Of a DNA stretch of 64,000 bases, positions 51,401 to 64,000 are shown one piece after another (position 1 is the first letter of the stretch; the number at the start of each line of letters is the position of its first letter). This stretch comes from Botryllus schlosseri (taxonomy: Eukaryota), in NCBI GenBank assembly GCA_051294905.1, contig CM119372.1, forward strand, positions 7,876,001-7,940,000, written 5' to 3'. The translations under genes and the position numbers were made by a program. The notes under the pieces were generated by a model, which saw only the letters and a list, made by a program, of their open reading frames with translations, made no database searches and had not been told where the DNA came from.

Positions 51401-54400
51401 GTCAAATGATGCAGGCTTGTCCTACAACCACTTTCTATTTTCAGAATTCAAATCGTAAATAGCAAATAGTTTTGGCCTTAAAAATGTTCAAGTAGCAGTC
51501 AAAGCATACAAAAAATACTCCCAAAAAGTAGTACTTTATTACTGACCACCTCGGCGAATAACGTAATCGTTTTAAAACAAGACCCTCTGGAAGGTAGAGA
51601 ACTTCTATATACAATTGAATTGAAATTAACCAGAATATTTTCGGCCGACACTTGTCCCGGGTAATCGTCAACTATTAGTAGAGAATTGGAAGGAACATTG
51701 CATGTCAACAATCGTATCAAGACAATAAAGTTAGCTCACATTCATATCTCTCTCGTGTATCTCGTCGACGACGACATGCGAAACACCTCGCAGACCCGCA
51801 GTTAGCTTGCGCAAAAGCACACCTAAACGAATCCGCAATGAAACATTCACAAACATTCATTCTATAAAAGCACTGCCGGAAAACCCACCAACAGTGCAGA
51901 AAAGTATGCCGGCGTGAGGTCTGGGCAGCACCGAATCGAATCTAACGCTGTACCCGACGCTCTGCCCTAGTTCCTCTCCACGTTCTGAAAAAGGGTACCG
52001 GCAGTCAGCACCATAAAAATCGGAAAGCGCGGTCATAACTACCTACTGCCACCCGCTCCGCCACAGATACGGCGCTGATACGTCTTGGCTGGGTCACGAT
52101 GATGTTACAATCGGACGCGTGCCCGGACGACACCATGTCTTCGAGGATATATTGAGGAACCTAGAAAGAATTGATATTTTCAGCTAGATAGGTGCCACCG
52201 ATGAACAGTTTAGGCCAGTGGTAAAATTTCATAATAAATTTTCAGACCTCCACAAAGTTACTAAATGTAAGGACAACAAATGTACGTAACTCGAAAGCAA
52301 ATATTGAAAGCTTCAATTCGATCAGAAATTTGCTGCTCCAACTCTTCAACTTCCATCTCGCGATTGACGAATAAAATCAATGGATTTGGCATGCGGTTGC
52401 TATGAACTGGCATTTGAGAAACACTGGTCGAGTAAGAACTGAATTCGTCCGTACCTGAGTCGTTTTCCCGGACCCGGTCTGTCCCCGTACGATTATGACG
52501 GCGTTGTCCCTGATCGCTTCCATGAGATGATCTCGGTAGCCGAATATGGGAAGCTGATTCCTTTCTTCTATCATCTGAATAAAACGCGTGATGTTGCATG
52601 TGCGGTATGCCGAGGTAAACGACTCTACCCGGGAATTAAATCTGGCGAGTGGCAATTTTAAGTAAAATTGTTGTAAAAGACCTGTTAAATAGACAATGCT
52701 ACATCATGATGACTGTATATATTTTCAAAAATTTCAGCTATTTCTGGTGTCAATAGAGATTTCGTGTTAGTCGCGAAGTAAAATCGTGCAATTTCGAATG
52801 TAGCCAACTCAGAGTACTTTTCAGATTTTCCATTATCTACTTCTACTTGAAGTATTTTCGACAACTCTCCACAAATTGATAACAGGTTACTTCTATTTGT
52901 GTAGTAACGCTGACTAGTACATTCAAGAATATGAACATCTATCACCGTAAACGTATTTCAACAAGACAGCGCTAGTTGATCTGATGATCCGCAATGACCC
53001 GTCTATCTCCCGAGACAGATGTTGAAATTTCATATCGAGTGAATTAACTAACCCCACTACAACGCATGTCGCTTTCCAACACACTATTCAATCGAATATT
53101 ACAGAGACCTACATAAAATACAAACCTACATACCTTTTTGATCTGAGGATTATTCTCCAGAGCGTAGTTGTATTCGTTCATCAAATCGTTGCAAATTTGT
53201 CCCTGCGTCATCTGCAATTCAATAACATCGCCCACCTTTACTATTTGTATGTTTTCCCCCAAAAAATAGACTCACGTTAGCCAAGGGGCCTTCGTCAATG
53301 TTACAGCTCGTCCACGGATTCCAATTAGCCAAGGGCGGCGACCACGGAATGACCCCCGGGCTCGTTTTTCGCGGAGCAGGCTCGAAAAACGCCGTCTTGG
53401 ACGGGACCAGGTTCACTTGCGCTTCCGGTTCGGTCATGTTGGCTTTGACCGGCTCGATGCCAAGCTCGGACAGAGACGCCAACAACCTATTGACTATTTG
53501 AGGATCGACCGAAACGTCATACGGCTCGACCTGTAAAGAATATCACGGTCATTTAATATATATACACATTTTCGCCGAGTCACAAAAATATCTAGCTACA
53601 CATCTTATACATTGCACAGATTGAACTATGCATCAACAGAGTATTAAAAGAACAAAACCATTAAAGTATGATTTTCACACAAAACAAAAACAGTATGATG
53701 TATAGTTATTGCGAATCAGTATGACATTTGTTACTCCCTTTCAGAGATCAGTTTCAAATGCGACTGGACCACTCTGTACGAACAGTTTTCACCTCATCGT
53801 TTTGTTTCTTCCGAGTAGCACCGGTGTAGTTCTCAATCACACCCAAGTGAAACAGCTGCCGCACCAAGGACAACGCCGACGATTGGGATGCGTTCTTTTT
53901 GTTTGAACCGTGCTCTCTCGCATGAAGAGCTGAATGTAAGAGGCGTAATGCGCTACATTAGAAGAACAGTCCTATCGACAGAAAATCTCCTTACTTTTGC
54001 CGAGCTTCTTCACGTAGATCGTCATCTCAGCAATGAAGCTCCTACATTGTAAATTGTCGTTAAAATGGTAAGGGGATAGTTATGATCAGTCTACAACCTA
54101 ATGCTTGAACCTTACTAGATGTCTACATCGATTGTAGGTAGCCTACCATCAAGCTTCACCATTAATATGGCTACAATCAGTTTCAGACATAGGTGCAGTG
54201 GTGAGCATAAGAAAGTAAAAACTTAACATCACATTTGTAATCAAAGTATCCTGAAAATCTCAATATTTTAACCGATAGTAAATTCACTTCTGCGTATAAA
54301 AACCTTAAAATCTGAGTGCACCTAATAAGAATTCGGTCAATTAACGTCAACAATCAATAGCATAAATCTGTGGGCAGGGAGTATATGACCAAGTTCAGAT

Positions 54401-57217
54401 ATACCAGAAAATACAGTGGTCATTGTTACATTATCACTACAGAATGATAGACAAAATGAAAAGTGAGTGTATGATGTACCAGTAAACACATTCATTGCAA
54501 TATCCTGTCCCATTCCTCTAGGTTAGTAGGTTGAAGTGTAAATAACCAACCACATATAACCTGCTTTGCAGAGAGTATAATTCCACGGGATGAAGAGAAA
54601 AACTCTAGGATTTCGCTACGGCTACAGACTTACCGGTGTCGGATAAATCAGACGCCGCCAGATCAAGGAGCTGAGAAAGAAGGCGACAAATGACCGATCG
54701 TGTGAGATATTTTGAGAAATTTCGACCGAATGTGGCTCTCCGAGCATTACTAAGCGTACTGCCCGGCAGCCTTTGAGAAAAGCTGTGCAATCATTTGGAC
54801 TCTGGTCCCGAAATCCACCGAGGAATTCGTATTTGATTCATTTTCATCCCACACTTTCGTCATATTGCCAACTCTCAGCTCCTTGGCATCTGTGAATGAT
54901 TTCGACAGAGCGTGCTAGTAAGAATTAAAAACACGAAATTCAAGAAAGTCAGGCAAGAATACATGGGTAGCACTTAGCGATTGAGAAGTACAAGTTACAA
55001 ATATAGTTGTGCAAAATCGAGTACCTGAGAGCTTCAATTCAGCGTGGGTATTAAAATTAAGTTTGAGTCAAGTATTTGAGTACAACTCATTAAGAGTTGA
55101 TACCAGTAAGAGTAAGACAGGCTTGAAGTATTCAAATGTGTACTTTTCATGTGGCTACGAAGCAAATAATTACAGTACCCTTAAATATAAATTGTTTCCA
55201 ATTTGTCGACAGCAATACGTCATAGCGATCGGAGACAAAACAACGGTTCTATCACTATTACTCACAAAAACGTTGTTTCCATGAACGTTGGTAGTTTCAT
55301 TCTACATGTCTTGAATGATAAGCTATCTCGTATCGAGGTTTCAAGGCGCAGAAGGAAGAAACATCGCAACAAAATTCTCATTGATAAAAATTAAGGGGCG
55401 TATAATTCCAGTGCTCGGCTATAGGTACCCGACTCGACTCATTATGCCCAGACCTAGTGATGAATCTGTACGTACACTGATTGAATTTCAAAACCACCAT
55501 GATAAACTATAGTCCGCAATTCAATCTATGGCTTACTTTCCATTCAAACCCCAATCAGGATTACACCAAACTAAACTTCTTGAAGACTGTGTTCTTGTTG
55601 CGTTGAGTAAAGACAACAAGGACATAGATACATCATTCAAGTTACGTCACACAGTGATTCCAAGTCTATAATATTAAATATAGTGTCCAGTTTATAGAGG
55701 GATTGGTCGAGTTCAAAATTCACATCCGGAGGAAATTGCCGAAGCAAATCTACCACATAACCCAGGATCTGAGCCAAATCTGAATCCATGAATTGTAATG
55801 ACATCAATATACCGTTAATTAACCTCGCTGAATGTTGATTGTAAAATATATTCATGCAGTGCATAAATGAGCTATCACGTTGTCGTACTTGTTATGATCC
55901 GGACCAACTTGACTGTATTTGTAGTCGGCCGATATCCGTTCCTTCTGGAAAAACTCGTGCAATCTCGACTTTGCGTTGTCGATCGTCCAGTTTCCGTGCA
56001 ATTTCGAATTCATGTCGACTTCTTCCGAAGCAAACGTCTGAACAAATTTCTCGTAGATAACACGGGCGTAAATTCACAAATCATCAAGCAAACCTCCTCT
56101 TCCTCCAGCTTTCGCTTGCGGTCGTAATATTCATGCAAAGCTCCACCCCTTTCTGATGGCCCAGCCCCGACATTGAAACCCCCAAATGCAGGTCCCGGTG
56201 GAGGACGGCTGTAGCAGAAAAACGCCAAATAAAAATCAATCGAACCAAATCACCAACATCCATTTATGGCTTCACATACCTATTGTCATTATTTTGGCCA
56301 AATTCTTGACTCTCCGGTCGCACAGGAGTAGGTAAGATTCCAGGGACTGTTCCGGTTTCTTCTTTGATTGACACGTAGGCATCTTCCGGCGGGAGTTCTG
56401 CGCCACCCTTCGAGATAATCCACAGAATGAGACTACATCAAATCATTAAATAGCATATCCTAGGGGTTGGCTAAGGCTGATTTAATTGCAGCATTACGTA
56501 GCTAAGTAAGGATAGTCAGGATAAAGCGAATACAAAATTTTATACATCGTGACATTGATGATATGAAGTAGACTATGAATGCTTTACCTTGGGCTACTGC
56601 ACAATTGTGAATCAATGAATTTCAGTAGCCTATGATTAATGTGAAACTACCATCGTTTCAGACATTCCTTGAAGACAGATTCGCAATATTGAGCTTACAA
56701 ATTTTGGAATCTAGCTAGAAATTCCCGGTCTGTCGTTCTTTTCATAAGTCAAATAAATGAACAATATTTTCAATCACTTACGAGTTGATTTTCTACAAGC
56801 CATCTGAAGCACCTCACCAACTGACTTCATGGACAACTTTACTAAGCTCGAATTACACATTTTGTCTACTAAGAAAAGTATGCACTATCACAAACTGTAG
56901 GAACTCACAGATTTAGACGGAAGCTCAGCATCCTTCATTTTTCCAGTACGCACGAGATAGTAAGCGAAATCCCAAGCCGCGTTAGCCTGGGCATCTTTCT
57001 TGTTGGTCGAATTTCCGATCCCGACATACGGAATCGTTTCAACCCGCAACTGCAAACAAGGGTTGATTGAATATTGCGAACCATGATTATGAATATAATC
57101 GGTCACCTCGCACTTGAATCGTGGCTTGAACTTGGAACCGCTAGAACCAATGTCATAAACCGGTTGAAGCTTCTGCCTGCCCAGCCAGGCATACAGAAAC
57201 TGCTTTATCTCAGTCAT
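39436..57217 (-). CDS. DHX9: ATP-dependent RNA helicase A (DExH-box 9), 30 coding exons, ~1245 aa
   Basis: Exons: 57217-57107, 57049-56909, 56407-56280, 56208-56094, 56037-55889, 54041-53995, 53929-53793, 53530-53276, 53211-53134, 52574-52455, 52160-52043, 51984-51889, 51822-51740, 50780-50624, 49702-49581, 47864-47744, 47671-47579, 46946-46852, 46268-46195, 46135-45983, 45563-45458, 45014-44848, 44594-44433, 43209-43095, 42950-42819, 42079-41972, 41358-41243, 40662-40456, 39731-39668, 39603-39436. All are GT-AG and in phase. Contains two dsRBDs, [25 protein letters not shown]2/OB regions and a C-terminal RGG tail. Confidence 0.96.
47893..49531. mobile_element. MITE with CTAATT/AATTAG arrays in a DHX9 intron, with a nested hAT element at 48341-49421
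   Basis: Outer ends AGACTTGG...CCTAGTCTG; sibling at ~47094-47497. Inner element CAGTGGCGTAG...CTACGCGACTG with TSD (A/C)TGTGTAG. Confidence 0.65.
51150..51303 (-). mobile_element. Related tRNA-derived SINE, diverged subfamily
   Basis: GCGTAATGG...GGGTTCGATTCC followed by GGGTCAAACCAATGAC...TGGTATCCATGGCTTCCCTGCTCGGCGCTCA. Confidence 0.75.
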
Positions 57218-58215
57218 GATTGTCTTACTATCAAGCTATCATAGCAAACCGACTGGAAATAGTACAAAATGTTCAAACTCGATCATAGATAACATGGCAG
57301 AGCAATATGGAGAAAAGATTCAGAGTGAGTTCAATTTTGGCATCAAAAACCTATTATGAGTTACTTGGCTGTACGAATGCCCTAAGCACAATTTTGATGC
57401 CATTAGGGGTCACAAAGGTTTTTGACCGAATCATAGGTCAACATCACTAAGAGCAGGCCAACTGACCGCTGTCTATATTGCTGATGAAGTAGATTATTTC
57501 TGCTTACAGAATGTGACAATGAAAATCAGTCATCACGGTTACTCGGTGACTGATTTCCAAGACAACTCAAAACTTGCACCAGAAGCGAAGAAGACTGATA
57601 AAATAAATAAGTAGACTAGAGCTCAAAGTAATTCATGATATGTGAATCACATTTACTAACCGCAATAGTTGAGAAAACCATGGTAGCAACTATTGTTGAA
57701 TGGCATAGATTGCATGGAAGTAGAATGCCAAGATCTATGTTTTATCATGGTAAATTGATTGTATATTGACAAATGAATTTGATAATTTCACCAGTCGAAT
57801 TATGCTAATCCAACAAATAATCACTCTCTACATGACTGAGTTTTAAAAACAGGAAGCAGATGAAGTAGAAATATTATATCAAAGGCGCCTTGCTGGAGTT
57901 TAGATGAAAGTACATCATTTCTAGCCGCCTCTAAACATAAATTCATTTATACCCATTTCATATTTCACATACACATCATTTCCCGAATCATTCCAGTCTG
58001 CCTTTTTCAGAAATATTTTGTGTTCGTTATCAACTCAAAAAATGTCAATCATTCAAAACTGAGTAAAATCGTTTCCAACATCGAGTAGATATCTCTCTCG
58101 TGACTGGGGCTGTACGAATTACGCATACGTTCATCGTATGGTTTGCCGTATGTGCGGTCGACTGTAAGTTTCATGACCGGACACGCTGCTGCTCGCACAC
58201 AGATGCACCATTTGA

Positions 58216-60105
<1,890 letters not shown>

Positions 60106-61254
60106 TCACCCAATCGTCAATTTTAGCGATGCGTTGCCTTTGTCACTGAGAATCTTCAGCTGCGTGTTTTATCTGTGCAAGCTTCGTCCTTCACACAGCA
60201 TACAAGTAGTTATAACGCAATCGAAATAAAACCTTCTTCAACTTCGGTAATCTTAAATGAAATATAAGGTGGAAGTTGTGTTTGAAACAATCAAACGAAT
60301 ATACCTATACATACATTAGGTATAATTAGCAGAATATACCGATTATAGCTATATAGCGGCAACAGTATTATAGAAAATAATTGGAAAGTAAATGAAGAAG
60401 ATAAGGTTATATTTGGCCATCCCATCCAATCATCCATAGTGATAGTATACTAGTAAAGTAACACAGACTCTATTGAACTGAATAAATACTATATGTAGTC
60501 TGCGCTCGAGATTATCGGGCACGATGTAATATATATAGACCTCGCCTTCCGTCACATGCCACATCATTTTGTCGCTTGCACTTTCATGATATTTTCTATA
60601 CTTCCATATTACCGTATACCTTTCATTCATCGGGTATGCCACTTTTTTACATTGCCTGAAGGCGGGTTCTGTATGTAGACTATAACTACTACAAGACGAT
60701 TTGAAGAATTCCTATCTTTTATTGTCGCAATTTGTGGTGAATTGATCTGATAGGTGATAGCATTATTAATAATAATAATAAACTGAACGGAACTACTACT
60801 CCCTCAAAATTGCTGCAAAACCAACCAACTGGAACCAACGCTAAATCACGGAACGTACTAAACTTGCAAGTTGCGATACTAAACGGCGGACCGGGCGGAC
60901 TGTCGCCAAAATCAGCGTGTACTCAACTATAGGTTAGGTTAGTATTCTATAACTCAACTCAAAGGGTACACAGCACAGAGCTATACAATACACAGTCATA
61001 CTCCTATTTTCTCAAGTGGTCTTGCTTTTGGACTACTTCCACCGTATACTTTATATCGGCTGGGCTTATAAAGGCTGTGTTTCCATGTCAGCAGTTTTTG
61101 AAATCAAAGTTCCTACTACTCCAAGTCGTTTCGACACCTTCCTCATGATGAAATTCTAATAACCAATACTTTTACTGATACCAGAGCCTTCATAAAGGCT
61201 ATCCTGTTACTGTATGTATGAATGTAATTATATTAAGAAATAAAAACCTATAAA

Positions 61255-62115
61255 AGCCTATAAATACCTGCTTCGAAACTTCAGAATCTGAATTGGTATA
61301 AGAATAAAATTTTGAATGCCTTTGTGAGAAGTCGACTCACATATGGCTGCAGCGTATGGTAGGCTTACCATACGTCCTCTTTTAAGAGGATTTGTCCTCT
61401 TTTTTGACTTTTTTGAAAGTGTCCTCGGAGGACGCCCTTTTGTCCTCTTTTTTGAGATTTTGTCCTCTTTTTTGAAAATTTAGGCAGATTTAGAGCAAAT
61501 TGCGAGTGATATGCCGCATATTAGCACAGAAGTGTGAAGCTGCGGCGGGTATTTCGGAGTGAAAAACGGTGATTTTCGCTCTGAGCGAAAAGATGACCTT
61601 TTTTTTTAGTCATCCACCTGGCAATGTGGGAAAAATTAACCGGTTTTTGAGAATTTTACTCCAGTTTTGCAAGTTGCAAATTTCTCAAAAAGTGTCCTCT
61701 TTTTTGATTTCCAAAATATGGTAAGCCTAGCGTATGGTCACTCTCGGAAAATCAAAGAAACATCCTGGATGTCTGCTACAGACAATTTTTGCGAAAATGG
61801 TACATGGAGGCTACACTCGAAAGGGAACCGGTCACGCCGTTAAAACTAGTAACGGAGAATCTTCATAAAATCTGTCGTACTGAAGACCTCTCATCATGCA
61901 TTGATCACCAACAAGCTAATCTTGCACACATAATTCGAAAACTTAATGACAGTGTCGTGAAATCAATAAGCTTTGAAGATGAAAGGAGAACCAAAAAAAG
62001 AAGACCCTCTACAGCGCTAATGAACAATGTCCTTAATCGGAACGACAGCGACATCAGGACATTCTCGAAAGCAGCACTTTCATACGAAATTTACTTAAAC
62101 TTGCCAGATTTTAGT
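61255..62115 (+). mobile_element. Decayed non-LTR retrotransposon (RTE-like) ORF2 3' end
   Basis: Removing the MITE gives ...NAFVRSRLTYGCSVWSLSENQRNILDVCYRQFLRK..., then ...LAHIIRK...KKRRP. This is typical post-RT LINE sequence, with frameshifts and a stop. Confidence 0.7.
61360..61729. mobile_element. hAT-type MITE with GAGGACA motifs, inserted into a LINE relic
   Basis: TIR TAGGCTTACCATA; TSD GCGTATGG. Confidence 0.92.
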
Positions 62116-62130
62116 TGTTTTTTGAGTAGC

Positions 62131-62381
62131 GAGCGAGATAGTGTAATGGTTATGCGTCCGGCTTCTCGAGCGGTAGGTCGTGGGTTCGATCCCCGGCCGG
62201 GTCATACCAAAGACTCGAACAATGGTATCCGCAGCTATCCTGCTAGGCGCTCAGCAATCACGGATAGCATGGAGGAGAAAAAACGGGGGCGCAGACTAGG
62301 TGACCTCATGGGGCCGTATCGCAACTCCGTCGCCAAAGCATCTCGATGGTGAAGGCGAGAAAGAATATCATATCTCTCTCT
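62131..62381 (+). mobile_element. tRNA-derived SINE (MetaSINE-like core)
   Basis: A/B boxes, then GGGTCATACCAAAGAC...AATGGTATCC...CCTGCTAGGCGCTCAGCA, then a TCTC tail. Confidence 0.85.
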
Positions 62382-63254
62382 AGAAGTTGACGGCACGACG
62401 GCAAGTATGCCGGACCTGATGTGTGGAACAGTATCCCGCCGGCCATGCGGCAGTCGACGAGCATGTCCACATTCAAGTTGAAATACAAGCAATTACTATT
62501 AAATAAATACAGTCCATCCTCAAGATTACCGGACCACGACTGACCTTTCGATCTCGCTTCCCATGACATGCCGCCCTATTCTTGTCGCTTTCTTTTCTTT
62601 ACTTTCATTCAGTGTGCATGCCTCCTCTTTACGTCGCCTAGGCCAAAGTGGGTGTTGATTCGAGTTGAACTGGGTGAGCATGCAGAGAAACTAGGCTTCC
62701 TGCATTGCAATGAATGCAATCTACCTTTTCTGGACTGATGAAATTCTGTATCATGTTTTGCTTTTTGGATTATCCTAAATTTCAGCGAATAAGCAATAAT
62801 TCTTTTCCATTCCAGTTTTCTCGTTTGTTGTTTAGCTTTCTGTGGCATGAACAAGTGCCATCTTGCCTAATATATAATATTTTTGCTGAAATTGTTCTCT
62901 GCTCCTTCCATATTAATGTCGGCCTATGATATCGGTTATCGGCCTTGCGAGTGTGTCGATATATAAGTATCGTTATCGGCCTGTAAAAATCAATATCGAT
63001 CGACCTCGTTCGCAACGTTCACATTTTTCCGATGTCATCGGCCGTATTGGTCTCGTCGGGCACGTAGCTTTCATCGTTACCGTCGCCGCTACCAAGATAT
63101 TCCAAGGGAAATTCCCTCAAAGTCAAAATAAGACTTGCGGGTGGCGACGTAACAACAATATTTAATAAATATCATTGCAAACCTTTGATATTATAACTCG
63201 GATGGTACTGGAGCGCACCACAAGATCATACACTGGACACTTCAGGAAAGCAAT

Positions 63255-63490
63255 ATGGCAATGAGAGGCATACATTACCAGGAGACAAGAAGAGAGAGGC
63301 TTCGTTCGCGCAATTCTGGACAACGTGCGTTTGCGGTTTTCATAAACAAAACGAGAAAGAATGTTACCTTGGAATGGCTCGACTTTAATGGAAATCATGT
63401 AACGTACAAAGATCGAATGGGACCAATGGAAAGTGCGCCTTTGAATACATTTGTCGGTCATCCATGGGTATTCTATGAGACCGAATTTCG
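63255..63490 (+). CDS. VHL: von Hippel-Lindau tumour suppressor homologue, first coding exon (gene runs off the window)
   Basis: LRSRNSGQRAFAVFINKT...WLDFNG...TFVGHPWVF matches the VHL beta domain. Donor CG|GTATGT at 63490/63491. Confidence 0.8.
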
Positions 63491-64000
63491 GTATGTACCG
63501 TACTTGCCCTATAATTTGATTCCCTTTTCAATATTTGATGAGAAAAGTAATTTAAAAATGACCTATTTTTCCCATTAAATCTTTACAAAATAATAAGGGT
63601 AGGCTACCATATAAAGGACAGGGGGTATCCATATCGTCCAATTAGCAAAATTGGCCGAACGCCAAAAGAATTAGCTCACATAAAATCGTTTGCAGATGGT
63701 TAGCCCAACTTTTTATGTTGTATCCTATATTCATTCGTTGCACATCAATTGGCTGTTATAATTTAATATTCGTTTTATGTATAGTCACCTTTATAGTTTT
63801 ATAAATGGTTCTCATTTTGATCATGTAGCATATATATATCCTGGATCTGGATGTTCTTATTCTTCTCGTACAATCATGTACCGGTAACATCTTTGACCCG
63901 TTCACGGTTATTTATCATAACAACTGAGTGCATGTAACCTATGATGTAATATAGCATATGAATAATATAATCAATGTTTTTTTTTCTCTCACAGACATCA

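Noticed and set aside
55457..55482. Box C/D snoRNA (GTGATGA...CTGA)
   Set aside because: Antisense to the host gene and far too short.
62131..62205. tRNA gene
   Set aside because: The tRNA-like head continues into a SINE core shared with other copies and lacks a clean acceptor stem and terminator.
61789..62352. 187-aa ORF as a host gene
   Set aside because: It is a chimera of a frameshifted LINE 3' end and a SINE.

Overview
AT-rich (~39% GC) invertebrate genomic DNA. The 50-70 nt GT-AG introns, chordate-like proteins and compact gene spacing suggest a tunicate/ascidian, but this is inference. Right half: NAT9 (+, 2 exons), a 30-exon DHX9 (-), an intronless DDX41 (-) only ~1 kb upstream of DHX9, and the first exon of a VHL homologue (+). 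Left half: a tandem duplication whose two units each carry an intact 6-exon gene that the ORF track shows only in pieces. Each gene encodes a type I membrane protein: signal peptide, one divergent CUB-like domain, a TM helix and a cytoplasmic tail with a conserved YEEI motif. The ectodomains are diverging fast, while the YEEI motif shows only silent changes, which suggests an uncharacterised signalling/immune-type receptor family. The duplication junction (~21150-21170) fuses a copy of the NAT9 upstream region to the receptor 3' end. Introns and intergenic DNA are packed with nested hAT-type MITEs (8-bp TSDs), tRNA-derived SINEs, a decayed LINE, a Penelope-like palindrome with a minimal hammerhead, a 360-bp tandem repeat and a TTAGGG-containing minisatellite. 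All calls come from manual reading; no searches were run.
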